DNA of 64,000 nucleotides from Phoronis australis (lineage: Eukaryota; Animalia; Phoronida), in assembly GCA_002633005.1 (NCBI GenBank), contig NMRA01000083.1, positions 384,896 through 448,895 on the forward strand, written 5' to 3'. Below, one piece after another: positions 37,244 to 51,578 of this stretch; the stretch's first letter is position 1, and each line of letters opens with the position of its first letter. Made by a program: the position numbers and the translations under genes. A model generated the notes under the pieces. It was not told where the DNA came from and made no database searches. It worked only from the letters and a program-made list of their open reading frames with translations.

Positions 37244-40200
37244 GTTTTTTGTGATGAAAGGCAAGTTGATCACCGCTTTAAATTCATGGTAAGACTTCCT
37301 CAATTTACTGCGGACTATGTGGGAGGCATTGAAGTTTTATTTTGTCTAGTGTTCTCATCCACAACAAAATTCTTTTTGATTGTTAGCACAGTTTGTATTG
37401 CGCAGTTGCAAGAATTGATGAAATTCTGATTGTATTGAGCAATGCAGTGAGCTTTTGAGAAATGGAAAAATGGACCATCTTGGTTATTCATGTTGTTTGA
37501 ATTTGAAAAAACTTTCCGTACCAAGCTGATAATGACCAGTTTGTCGATTTTAACTTTTGAATCTAGTATATTTTTGTATTATAGTGTACAAGAAATTAGC
37601 ATATTCATTGACTTATTTAACATCTGTATCTTTGTTGTTACAAATGTCCATCCAACTTGTTACTCTGCCTTCTGCCTCATATTTTAGCAGTTATGCAAGC
37701 AGAGCATTTTCATATTTCAGTGCTAATTTGTTGTCACATATCTGGCCTCCTGAATAGAGCATTGTGTTGTTGTCCGATGGTCTTAAATTTGTTCATATAT
37801 TTTTTCAGCGATAATCATGTGTTTCTTTTGCTATTGCTCAAGTTGTCTGTAAATCCATCTGACTAATGTGAGCTGCAATATAATTTCCATATCAAGCTTT
37901 CATTGCGTTGATTTCAAAGTTAGACAATTCACCTGCTGAGCCACCTGTAGAGGTGTGTCTAATGATATACCTGCAACGTTGTGGAACAGGTGCTTCTGTA
38001 CGGGCATTGGAGTATGCAGGTGTATTTATCAAATAAAACAAAAGGCTTAGCAGGGCACTAAATTGAAATGTTCTGCTGATGTTTCCCATTATGTTTAGTG
38101 TGTGCACAATTCAGCAACAGCTGGGTTTTAGTTGAAGCCAAAAGCCTAAACCTTTGCCTGGCATGACATGTTGACTGACACTATTTTGGCATGATTTGAT
38201 ATAATAGTCTGATTGACTGAGGGCTACATGTGACCCTGAGGTCAAGGACTCGCCATAATTTTTTTCATTTTCATTGTGACACGTCATAGGATAATGAATA
38301 TAGAGTAGAACTGAACAAAATGATGGAGTCTCACTATTTTCGGAATTTGCTGAAAAATTAGTTGTCCGTGAATGCAATGTGTTGATGTCCTAACATACAT
38401 GTAGGACCTTATTGACAAGTTTGTGTGTTTTGCTAAATATCTACAAAACTATAAATTTTAACTTGGTAAAAGTATATATTTTCTGAAAGTAGAAATCCTG
38501 TACAATTTGCTTTTTGGGTTTTTGCCAATCAGCCATTGATTGGGTCACGTGACCATGTCCTGGTAACATTTAGCACAAAAACAAAGGTGTCGATAACATT
38601 AATCAAGTTTTATTTGATATAAATGTTCAGGGTAAGATCTCAAAAAGGCTGTTATGGTTTTCTTGAATATTTCATTTTCGCTTTGTGCAACTTGAATTTT
38701 TTTCGTGAAAATTCTAGGTAACTCATTTTTGGCTTTTCCATGTGACATAGTACGAAATTCCAGTTATGCTTTAATTAGAGTTAAATAATTACTAAAATGA
38801 GGGTGCTTTAGTACTAGCCCACAGTAGCCTAGATCTGCAAGTGACTTGGGGAAAATGAATTGGCTAATTCTGGTATGTGCATAAGTATCATACGCCACGT
38901 GATTCATACTCTAAAATAGGGAGACTCACCAGTGGTATAAAGGGTCCTTTTCAGGGATTGGACTTTTCCTCTTTTACGAGAATTTCCTCTTTTCTGGTTT
39001 TGATTTCCTCTTGTGCAATTTTCAGTTTCCTCCGTTTTCATTTTTTTATCATTATTTTGACTTTATTCATGCACAAAAAACGCTGGTTTCTTGGAGTTAA
39101 ATATTACAATGCCAAAGATTTTATTCTACCACATAAATATTAGCCTATTTATTTGTAGAACAATAGGTTACCTGGAAAGATTTCCTCTTTTTTGTCATTG
39201 ATCATTACAAGGCCTGCTTTAACAATCTGAAAACGTCTGTGAAAGCAGAAAATGATACACCTGGATGGGGGTGTTTGTAAAGTAAGCGTCCCTTGTGGCT
39301 ACCTGAATGCATGCATTAAAGTTGTAGCCTGGTTTCACTAGCTGCAGCTCTTGAACTAAGTTTGTTTATACTCCCAGTAGTGGGTTGTTCGTTCAGAAAA
39401 TTCTCTGGTATCCTTGTAAAATCTGAGGAAATCCATATTACCATTAATGTTTCGTATTTTCCTTTATTAAATTCAGAATATTCAAGGGTGGCTTCCTGTT
39501 GCAGAGACAGCAGATACAAACTCAAGCTGTAAAATACTACATTTTTGTCAACAAACTCAAATGTATATAAACCAGCTGTTTTACTTAAAAATATAATTTT
39601 TTTGGAAATGGCATTCAAATCTGAACTGAATCTTTTTGATGTTGGTGCACAGCTTTCAGCTCACTCAAATTTTAAGCAGTTTAATATCATTAGTTTGGTA
39701 ACAGAAGGTGTATTTATACATTTCGTTTATGTCAGCCTTTTGAAACAAATGCTTCATAACCACACCCATTGAACTTAACAGATGGCGCTGTAGTATATCC
39801 AGCTTATAAATGGTGTAGCAGAATGCTCATCAGTTTTTGGCGAATCTTCATATTATAAAGCCATGGGCGTTCAAGAAATGCATGTTTGCGACTATTTTTT
39901 GTAATCTGTCTTGCCAAAATTTTTTTAACCCTTTTAGACAATTATGAATTTATACACTTCGTGGCAATAGATGAATTCAGACTCTGAATTTTGTAGAAAA
40001 ATTATAAGATTGAATGTAGCTACCATTTTCCATTGTTTTGGTACAAAAGTTATAAATTTGTGAATTCTGACAAAGTGCCTACACAACTAATGCTTTGAGT
40101 TCTAGTTATAGTAAGTGTTTATTACAAATATTCAAGGCCATGGGCCCAAACTACAATTACAGCAATTAAAGTTATTTACTAGACTGAGGCACAAACATTT

Positions 40201-43200
40201 CTTTATAGAATGAATCTTACAAAATGAATGGTAAGTGAAATGACACCTTTGTCAGGATTTTTCATAAAACTAATAAATTTGTTGACACTGGGACTGGTCC
40301 AACATTTTTCCTGTATAAATCTAACATATCTAAATCATGGAAGTGCTGGACATACAAGTATAAAATGATGTTCATCTGCGATGGTATTTGGACAGAAAAG
40401 ACGCGCGGTCAGAATAAGTAACTGAATTATGCCTGCCAGTTTCGACAGCTAAATCGTGATTCGCACAACGAAATCGCGTCATTCTGTGAATTTTCTAGGC
40501 AAATCCAATAACAACTAATGTTCAAATGTGTACTCTAATTTAAATTGAAAAAAGTATCTTAACTTTGACTTCTTATCAACATCTCTCTGCCACCCCTGTA
40601 TATAACAATCAAAACGTTGAGAAAAATATTTATAAACGTCATCTCGCAGGCAACATCCTGATTTAACGAGACCTCATAAAAACCATATATTCATAGAAGT
40701 TTTTTAACTGCGGACGCCCAGTTATAGTGACACCTTCCATTGGAATTCAAATTCAACAATAAATTTTATGCTTTTGTATATCTGTTAGAATGCATCTTCA
40801 AAAATTTTGAACCAGTACTTGATACATTTAATGTAATATTTAATAAACAATGGGTAGCGACCACATTCGCTTTATACTGCAGAATTTGAACGGGTAGACC
40901 TTACACCCAGGACCATTTTACCAAACTAATATGAACACGTTCAATACACTCATACTTTACCAAGCCCACACTTCTGCACCATAGTTTAAGGTCGGATAAA
41001 CTGGTAATCAAAAGTCTACTTTCTTTTTGTTTTTTAAAATTCACCAGTCATGTGCAGCTTCAAACTGTACCAAAGGTAATACAAACCATGGTTCTCACAG
41101 GAAAGAGCCAATCCCAAGGGTAATACAAACCATGGTTCTCGCAGAAAAGAGGCATCTCCATAGTGACTTTTTAAGTTTCTCAACCAAGGACATTTCTTAA
41201 ATGTAAGACACAATCTGTGTGAAGTAAGTTAAGCTGTTCTGTAAACCTTCGTTTTTGAAATTTGTTGCTGTGCATCATTCTGTGTACTAAGGTTATCATC
41301 GATCATAGTATAGTTGCCCCTATATTGACTGGACTGCTCAATGATTAGAGACTATTGTTTTGCTAGCTTCTGCTACGCTGATCAAAATCTATGTTCTATA
41401 TGCAGAGAAGTAGATTTGGTGCTGCAAAAAGCTACTAAAATTATATCATCATGTCTGTAACAAAACTGTTTCATAAGTTTATATCAGAAATAATTGAAAT
41501 ATATATATATCGTGCAAAATGTTGACATTGCGCGTAGCTGAAATACTTTATTTTTGTTTCAGAGCAATTACTAATACCACCATGAAGAACTTGCGCTGGT
41601 ATAATTTGCACTCATTTTTAAAGCTTCCCTTATTCCGGGTAACCTGCATGATTGCTAATTAAGAGAAAAATTTGTCATTACTGAACGTTGGTGCCAGCAG
41701 CCTTTCAAGCAAGCACAAATACACAATGCGTCCTCTCTTGTCTGAGTATCACTCACAGTCCTGAATATTTCAATGTTCATAAATGTACAAATCATTCACC
41801 TTTGAGAGAAAGTGCACTGAAATTGGTGGAAGCCAACATTTTTAACGAATGAAATAGCCCAGCAAAAGCACCATGCCTATAGCTCGTTTACATTGTTCTG
41901 TCATGTATCTTCAACAAGAACTTCAGAGCACTTTTATCACACAATGGCCAACAGTGATGCAGGAACTAAGCTTGACTACATGCGAATGAGACACAGAATT
42001 TGTCTTCATGGGCAGTTTTCATCTCAAAAGATGCATTACAGCGTTTTTGTACATGGTGGGTGACTAGGGTGCTGCAAAGAACGCCCCTGAAAATGGTACT
42101 AACCTTTCTTATAATGCAAAACAAACAAAAGGGAGTTATTGTCACCACAAGTATTTTATTTGAAAATATACATACACAATGTCTTTACAATAACCATATT
42201 ACAACTACCTGGATCATGATCATGGATCTTGTACAACATGCGGAATTTGAAAAACTACCAACAGTTGCTGTTAAGTAAACTTTAATCTCAGCAACATCCT
42301 TTCATTTGACACAAACACAATTGCTAAATTGTAATTTTTCAAAGACAGAAATCCCCAAAATATATCAAACTGTAGCTCAGATATATCTGTGTGGTGCATA
42401 CCATGCTAAAGTAGAATTAACAAATTTTCTTAACTCTTCATGGAATCCTACCTGTCTATCAAATTGTGTCTTAAAGTGAACAATTTTTACCATACTCTAT
42501 TTCTGAAAACTGCAAAAACGATAACCTCCTTCATCAAGGTCCTATGTCAATGATAACATCACTACACTACATCAAGTTGGCACCAGAGAGAAAGATAGAG
42601 GTAAGCCAAAATAATACAAAATACTGTGTATAATTTCCCTGAATACTGTGTTGGTACACTGTTCTTTGGCAGTTCCCTTTTAGTTGTCTAATACGGTAAA
42701 ATCTTGCCAATTTCGTACTAAATAATTGCCAGAACTGTTCATTTTCAAAGTATTCTAATGCTGTTGGGATTGCACACTATTTTTCCATAACATTTTCTGG
42801 TGGTAGCTATTGTATAGAACTTGAAATGATAAAGTATTTATGTGGTGCTTCTTATCTTTTGTGAAAAAATACTATAAATTTCGTTTTGTCTTGACAAATT
42901 ATGTCCTAAATTGGTGAGTTTTAACCGTAAGTTGACAAGGGGTTGCAGATAATGGCTCAGTAAGTTGGCATTAATGGATTCTCCCTTTGTCATGATTGTT
43001 ACATCACCATACAAGCAAGTCAACGGAATATTTAAAAGCAGTCATCATCAATAATAATGTTGAGTCCTTACAATTCACAATCACCCTTCCTAGCGTGTGC
43101 AGTGTCCATTTAGTGAACGAGGACTATGTCATACACAGAATTTTAACACTACGTGTAGCAATAAGTCTTCAATTCTGTCATCGGTACACAATATAAAGCA

Positions 43201-44020
43201 CACAAATTTAATACAGCATCGGCCGATTCCATACCATCAGATAACCACAATGAATACTTCTTTAAACCTATAGATAAACGAGATCATATCTTCCTGCACA
43301 TATGTTCTTATACACTATAGCTACCAAGCATACAACCACAATTGTATGTAACAAGTTCACTTGGCCTCAGTCCCAAAGTGACAACATTTAGCAAAACAAA
43401 ACACAAATAACAACTGGTTGAGATATATGTAACATAGATCAGCTGCTAATGCCCTCTATAGGTGAAACTGAAAGACAAAGGCAATATAACATTTACTACA
43501 ACACATCAAAGATCATGCAACAATTGAATGATAAAATACTTTAGTCATCAATAATTTGTATATCCTTGTATTCCTCTCATGAACATCCATTGTTCACTGG
43601 GAACCAACACCATTCATTAAGCAATGTGAACAAACATAAGGGAGATAGTCAAGTGTCTATGCTGCCCAGCTGTCACCTGACACCCTAGGATTACACTACA
43701 CTGGGTAGTATACACCAAAAGTAATCAGATGAAACACACTTTACCCATCATGACGGCTGATACACTTTAAAGCATAAATGACTGACAATGAACAGTCATT
43801 GCAAATTACAATGACAGAATAGTGTTTTCACCATACTTATTTTCTAGTAAATTCCCTTTTGTTCCCAGTTACGACCAACAGCCACACTGTCAATGAATTT
43901 AGCTTGTGTACAGCCGTCATGGCATGAAATTATGGGTCAATTTGTCTGAATACTCTTGGCGTGTGCTGTAGTTGCAAGATTTAATTAAATTTTTTATTAT
44001 TTCCTTGCCATGTCCGGTAG

Positions 44021-47000
44021 TTAGCGAGTGACTTCGGTACTTTTTGTTTCGACTGGGGACCCAGATCGAGAGCCCGACTTGGACGATGTCGCCGACTTGT
44101 TGGCAGTGGGACTCGGTGCTGAACCTTGTTGTGTAGAGTTATTGGAGGTGGTGGCCGGAATCTCGGCAGGTGCCGACGTGGACTGAGCTTCACGCGACAC
44201 ATTTTGCTGGCCACAGACACGGTGATGTGTCTCCCAGTCTTTGTGTTGACAGAATGATCCACAGTAGCGTGCCACATTACAGCCACTGCATGTCTCGCTG
44301 GCCTTGCGACCACAGTTCCAGCAACTCTGGAAATACAGAGGCGCTAGTGTAACAATTGAGCTCAACTGCACTTCTGAGAGTAATACAAAAATAACACCTT
44401 ATAGTAACACGAACAATAATGGTAACAGTAACAGTAGTAGATTTAAGTAATGCTAATGACAGTTTTTGTAACTCGTTCCTATTTCTAAAAAAATTATCAA
44501 CACAACTTTTACCAGGCAAAATTTGCTCCAATGGATTCCATACAGTCCTTTTAAAAAGCTCGTTACACGAACAATAAAACACAACCACCATTATCTGACA
44601 TACCTCGCTCNGGACGATGTCGCCGACTTGTTGGCAGTGGGACTCGGTGCTGAACCTTGTTGTGTAGAGTTATTGGAGGTGGTGGCCGGAATCTCGGCAG
44701 GTGCCGACGTGGACTGAGCTTCACGCGACACATTTTGCTGGCCACAGACACGGTGATGTGTCTCCCAGTCTTTGTGTTGACAGAATGATCCACAGTAGCG
44801 TGCCACATTACAGCCACTGCATGTCTCGCTGGCCTTGCGACCACAGTTCCAGCAACTCTGGAAATACAGAGGCGCTAGTGTAACAATTGAGCTCAACTGC
44901 ACTTCTGAGAGTAATACAAAAATAACACCTTATAGTAACACGAACAATAATGGTAACAGTAACAGTAGTAGATTTAAGTAATGCTAATGACAGTGGTTGT
45001 AACTCGTTCCTATTTCTAAAAAAATTATCAACACAACTTTTACCAGGCAAAATTTGCTCCAATGGATTCCATACAGTCCTTTTAAAAAGCTTGTTACAAG
45101 AACAATAAATCACAACCACCATTATCTGACATACCTCGCTCGACTCTTCTTGTGTGTTGAGAAATGACATCACTTCATCGTGGGCTTGTTTCCTGGCATC
45201 CGCAATTGACCTCTCTATTTTGTTACGTTCATTACTGATGATCTCGTTTGCCTTACTTTCAGCTGTGCCCACCGCCTTTTGTAACTCTGACACAGCTTGA
45301 CGCTTCACTTCATTTACTGCTTCTTCTACAAGAACATAAAACAACTGGTTATATGACATGACATGATGTGACCCCGGCAGATCCATGTCATGTGAGCACA
45401 AAGTACTTCTCACCAAGTGGCGACGGAAAAAATGACCCAGTCACATGAGAATTAGTGTTAACAACTTAATTGTTTCAAAAGGTAAATTAAACACAGAAAA
45501 ACAGTGAGCTTTTGACCAGAACACAATTACATGGTACATTTTGGGGCACATGTTGCAAAGTTTTGCCTCAAAATCATTCTTCCTCCACAAAATGCCTCAT
45601 GGGTGTTCCCAGAGGACACTTGCAGCTGACCCAAACCCATGACTCACAACTTCAGGGCAACACCTACCTGCCCGCCTCTTGACCTCTGACACCCTGTCCT
45701 CAGTCTGCCTCAGAGTGTGAGCCATCATCTCATTAGTCCTCTTCTTCATGTCGCTATCAAAGCCATCACTCTGTCTCCTCATCCACACAGCTAGTTCCTC
45801 TCTGTCTCTCTGGCTCCTCTCCTGTAGTACAGCTAGGGCGCGCTTTGTCTTGTCCACCATCCCAATGATACAGTGTAACATCTGCAATGAACACGGCCAG
45901 TATTCAACATGTGCCAGGACCAATCATCCATTTACTTATTTGTCATGTCCACACTTCAAGTTACCCTAAAACATCTTGCCCTTGAGCAACTTTCCCCCGT
46001 TCACCCTACACCTTGCGACAAATATGGCGCAAACAGGATTGGACACCTGTATGCGCATACATTTTATTGTCACAAACAAAAACAAAACATCGATAATAAC
46101 AATAACAACAATAATAGTAATAATAATAGTAATACTAATAGTAATAATTACTCTGAGGCAAAATTGCACTAAAATGGTATACAAGGTGTTTTACTTTCTG
46201 ACAAATATGATTTTCTAAACAAGCCCCTAAGTCCACCATCGTCTGGGGGAGTCAGTAATTTTTCTTTTTTTTCTCCAACTAGATTATTAAGACAAACCTA
46301 AGTTTTTGGCACATAAGACAAGCATAAGTATATAGGATTCACTAATATTTTGTATTATGTATAGTGCCTATAAGATTAATTGAATAAGATTTTAAAAACA
46401 AAACTGTCAAACGTACAAGTTTTTCAGCAGCCCATTTGTCAAGACACATGACTATGCATTCAGATAGGGAAGTATTTATAACATGGTTATGAATTTTTGT
46501 GAAATGCGTCATTTGCAAGAATGATTTTTGGTTCAAGGAATACAAATTCTATACAGAAATCGAATAGATGTTGCAATGGCGTGCAGTTACCGACGAATAA
46601 AAATATAAAATAGTAAAACTAGTAAAACTAAAATGACGAGCGTCGGTACTAAAATATATTAAAATATCCCCACGTATCGAGCGATGGCATTCCCAGAAGT
46701 TGGCCATTAGCAGTTACATTAGACCACGTTAATCGTAATTTGTTGTTAGAGAATTAACAAAATTAATTGCTCTTCAAATGAACATTAATTTAATGCCTTT
46801 ACATAGAAGTTATGTAAATCCCACACAAAACCCAGTTGAAAGTAGAAAATAATGCTATTACAAATAATATGATTAAAGGAGCAGGATGCAGGAGAGTGCA
46901 GCTGAGACTCAGTACCATGTGGGACTAACTATCATTAAATGAACATCACTAGAAGGTATCAAAAGTATCACAGTCCATAATCTACCATGCTGGCTCTATT

Positions 47001-50000
47001 ATCATAGAGCCATATGTTCACAATCTATGCACCAGATTGGGCTTTCAATGAAAGGGGCGACATAAAACCGGATGATTTATGAACAGGCAAAGGACGATGA
47101 AAATATTATTTTTACGGTAATGTTATCACAGATATTGCGTATCATGGTTTATGGCATAAATGTTGGTCACAGGTGTAACGGCCGAAACATGTACAGTAAA
47201 AAAACTAATACGCTTAAAATGGTTTGCATCTCAAATTACGTCAACTGTATAGTATGAAGTTGATTGATGTGAATTATAATTCACAAAACGCTTAACATGA
47301 AGATAATTTTCCAGCAATTTGTTAAGTCAAGCGAGTTATGTAAATTTTGCCTGGCACATGATCACTACGAATCGTTAAAAAACTAAGAATAGCTGTGTCT
47401 CAGCTGCAAGAAGATGAAAGTGCAAGAAAATAATCACCAACAGTAATCTTTTAGCATCTAATGAGGGCCTAATGAAATTAGTTGGGAAAGCAGCCAGATT
47501 TCTCGTCCATCTTCTGCATTAATTCAAACATCAATGCACGTCTTCTTAAGGCACAACTAATCAGTACATAGTTAATCAAGTTACTGCCTTACAAAGTCCT
47601 GTCGACTGGGTTATTGTGAACACCAAGTTCAACGTTAGTGTGGTTGAACGGAATGCCTTCATAGTGAATGGTGTTCTTACCGTTTCAACGTGCTTCCAAT
47701 CGTCGTCAATTCTCTCCAGGTTATCGAGGCCGTCGGGTCGGTGGAAACCTGTTAAAACGAAAGCTGACTTGCAAAATGGTGCGCACATGCTGAAGGAGTG
47801 AGAAGGTGATTTATAAATAAACTGAAAATTAGATTGAAGATCCCCAGAGACTTTGAATTTGTGTGAAGCACACTGTACGACAAGGTACCCATGTGAAGGA
47901 CTATCTGTATGGTAAAATCCAAACAAAATAACCCAAACCAGACATTTGTTTCATTTTTCAAGTGCTCTCAACGCTGTTGTGAATGCATACAGTTTTTGAA
48001 AATCTACAACAGAGAAGTTGAACATGGTAAAACATTAATTTGATGCCACATATCTTTTATGAAAAAAATTAGGAAAATGAAATTTCACTTGTCCGCAATG
48101 TCGTGTCTTGAATTGGTGAGATTTTATCGTAGTTACTGATTTCCAACTAGTGTAGGAGAGATCACAGAAAAGCAAATCAAGCAACCTTTTTATGGTCAAA
48201 TACACATTTGATGTTCATGTTGTAACACTTTTCTGGATTATTTTGGTTGTAGCTACTATACTACAACAGTACAAAAGATTTCAAAATTATGCATTAACCT
48301 TTGGTCCCTATACTTTTCTCACAAGGATGGATATTCAAGCCCAACTAACAAATTGGCATTTAAAATGCAGAAATGAATAACACAAAGATGCGCTAAATCA
48401 GTACTGAAATCTATATAATGCAAATGAATTAAAAAACAAAAAATCATGGGGTGAGTTTCAACCATACATTAAACTTGCTTAAAAGTGAAATTTCTTAAAA
48501 TTTGAAGGCCATGCAATTAGCGAAACATGGGCATTAGGAAGATACCGTATATATTCTGTAGTGAAAATTACTGAAGTAACGTACTAAAAGAGCTGGCCAA
48601 TTGTCGTTCACGTTCTCTCTCCATCCGCTCACGCTCGTAACGTTCTCTCTCAAGTCTTTCCCGTTCCCGCAGTTCCCGCGACAGGTTAATATCCTGTAAC
48701 CTGATTGGCCCTCCTGTGGTGATGGAAAGAGGTGTGGTCGGACTAACGGTGTGTCCCGGACTGAGGCTGCTGTGCACTCTCTTTTCAGGGGGTTCACTTG
48801 TCTCCGTCACATTCTCTTTGGCTCTGGTTATAATATAATGCAGGCTTAGTGATTCTGACTGCAATACATTGTCAAGTTTTCATGCATTTGTCTACTCAAA
48901 CAAGTAAACCTTACAGATTTCCTTTCATTATTGACAAGGAGAAAATCATAAAATTACAATCTGTGAAATGAACTCTTGAAAATTGCTTGCAGCTATATAT
49001 GTTTATTGCAAAAACCACCCTGAAAATGACCTCTCTTCTTAACACTTAGAAATGACCTCTCACCTGTCTTGGGGTGACTTTCGTTTCCTGTTGTCATTTA
49101 TTTCTGAGAGCACCTGGTCCTGAGATTCTACGGGCGACTGTGACGAGGCATCAAACAAGATGTGCTCGTTATGAGACAGGTACTGTTGGGGAGTCTGCTT
49201 GGCAACACGGGCACAGTGTAACAGCTCCCTCTGTAGCAGAGGCAGGTTAGCCTGAAACAAGACAGGATTAAGATTTTTATTAGCTGTGAGACAAACAGCT
49301 GGTACACCGAGATTTGATTTTTTAAATCTATATTTTCTCTTACAGCAGGCAGAGATGTGCTTTGAAAACAGGCAGATATCCAATGAAGTGATTCGATCAC
49401 ATCCTACTTCCTAATATTAATGAACACCAGGCACAGAAATATATTGTACTTCCTTTCAAAAACATAATTAACATATATAAAGGCTTTGAGGAATCTTTGT
49501 TGAGTCATCACTAAGTGTCATTAAACAATAATATTATATGAGAATCTTAAGACGTGCAGGTGATATCAAGTATTGAGTGAATTAAATATGAGGTATATCA
49601 ATAATCCAACTCCACACAGATGTCTTTACCCGGGTAGCCATGATGAAACTCATCAGCAAAGTATGCAGGTGAATTCACATACAGGTAATCAGACTGAAGC
49701 GGATGTGCAGACCTATGTGTTATGGTGGCTGTAGGTGTCAGCCCCATACATTTGCGGATTGCAAGCTACAGTGCACAAACACAACCTCGACTCTACTTTC
49801 CCAATGATGCTGACGATGCAAAAACGATAAATTTTTTGTAAGCATTAACTTCAGATAAAAATGTGGAGTTGATAGTGTTTGATCTCAGCCATACCATTGA
49901 TACGAGCCCTACTAAGTTATCAAAAAATCTCAAAAGAAATCAGACCAGTGATTAATCATTACTACTAGGAATCAGTCTAACTGCAGAAATTACAGCACTA

Positions 50001-51578
50001 ATGACAAATATTAACAAAATGTTCACCTTAATAAACATCAATAGACTCTATGAATGTGCAAAGACAATTATCTGTTTTAAATAGCATGCTATTTCAATGC
50101 AATTTTTCATTGAAAAGAGGTCTAGCTACTTAAACATAAAGTAATAAAACATGCGAGTAGGCTATGTTCCTCGTAAAGCATTGGCTTACCTTCAAAAATG
50201 GTATGACAAATGGCCTGAGAGGGAAATTAGTCGCTTCTTGTAATTTGGCATGGAACTCTTCAATGGACAGGTGTGAATTCTGCAAGAGAACACCTGCTTA
50301 GTGTGAAGGGCAGTCATGCTGGACAGGTAGTGACATTGAAGACGGAGGGCCGAGTGCAGGGGGTGGCGGCAATGCCGGGGGGGCTGTGTACGTGTGGTCA
50401 GCCTCGGCACTAAAGAAAGCACGATGGAATGGAATAAAAAATGTGAGAACGAATAAACAAAATCTAGTGGGAAATTAGTTTTTGCAAGAATAGTAGGTTG
50501 AAAAAGTGGGATGATGTGAAATATTATTACAGTGCAAGAACTGCATAGACAAAGCACAAAAAAATTCTGGATTACCATCAAGTTCATAAAAAATCTTTAC
50601 ATGTAAAAGATAATACTGAAGACAAGCAAACTACGGCAAAGACCTTCAAATTGATGTTTTGCATCACAAAAATTACCACCATTCCACTGAACTCATGGGA
50701 AATTAAAGGTGTTGAAATCCAAAGGAGTTAGTTTTCTTTATTTCAGGTCTCAACAATAACAAAAAAGGAAAAAAATTCACTTCACAGCTTCCATCAACCA
50801 ACATCTGATGAAATTTTGAAAACTTCCCACAATGCAATAAACTGTTTGAAAAAGGAAAATGGCATTTTACTTTGGTTCAAATTTGAGAAAACTTTACCAT
50901 ATGAACCTAATGGTAAAAATTCATTATGAAAATGTATGTTTCCACTTAGTTTTGTACAGTTCACAGTTCAGTTGTAGAAAGCGATTACTTACCACCAGTC
51001 CTAGAACAAGGTTTCGCACGCGCTCACCAATCTCAGGCGAGATGTCTGAGCCAAACTGTTGTAACGTAGTGAGGAACCTCTTGAGCTTGCTCAGTTGCCT
51101 AGCACCACATGCTGGTGGTAACTGCTGGCTGGATAGGCTAGCAGCACCAGCTGGTGATGGTGTACGTCCATTCATGCTGCCAACAGGCGAGTGTGCGCCG
51201 TTCATCACTAAATTGAAATAGAGAGATACCATGAGCAGTGTCTTATCTAGTATTGGACCGTAAGCATGTATCTATTGAAGACAATGGACTCCTCATCTTG
51301 ATCAATGATTACTTAAAGCTTAACAGGAAAGAGAGTTACGAAAAGTGCTACCGTTGCATCACCATCACGAAAGTAATTAACACTAAAACATGCAGGCGGT
51401 TCAGCAACATGGTACTCATCAATGATTACTATTTAAAGGCCATTCAAACAACACGTACCTGCAATATTGCCACTGGCTGATAGAGGGCGAGGGGCTGTTG
51501 ATCCTGTAACTGGTGAGATAGGGGTCTGCACCTTTGCGTCGGGAGAGTCGGGCATGTTCACGTCGCGATCACGGTAAT
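44021..51578 (-). CDS. RUNX1T1: MTG8/ETO/nervy (RUNX1T1/CBFA2T family) transcriptional corepressor; 9 exons seen, ~535 aa from MPDSP, first exon(s) not located
   Basis: Exons 51578-51459, 51207-50993, 50279-50190, 49251-49064, 48823-48585, 47748-47681, 45881-45668, 45325-45135 and 44326-44021, in phase. NHR1 [54 protein letters not shown]; NHR2 [22 protein letters not shown]; NHR3 [19 protein letters not shown]; [34 protein letters not shown]. The symbol denotes the family; this is probably a single co-ortholog of the vertebrate paralogs. Confidence 0.95.
44081..45141. other. Duplication (44081-44610 and 44612-45141) across a single N, giving a second partial MYND exon (44612-44857); probable assembly artefact
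   Basis: N at 44611. The exon part looks identical and the intron part has a few SNPs. Confidence 0.85.
46093..46150. repeat. Imperfect (AAT/AAC/AGT)n microsatellite
   Basis: Direct read. Confidence 0.85.

Noticed and set aside
36932-37292. Overlapping repetitive ORFs in several frames
   Set aside because: They are a by-product of a stop-free 39-bp repeat within a MITE.
44612-44857. A second MYND exon suggesting a double-MYND or alternative isoform
   Set aside because: It is truncated exactly at the N and looks identical to the other copy, the same pattern as the other two N-junction duplications.
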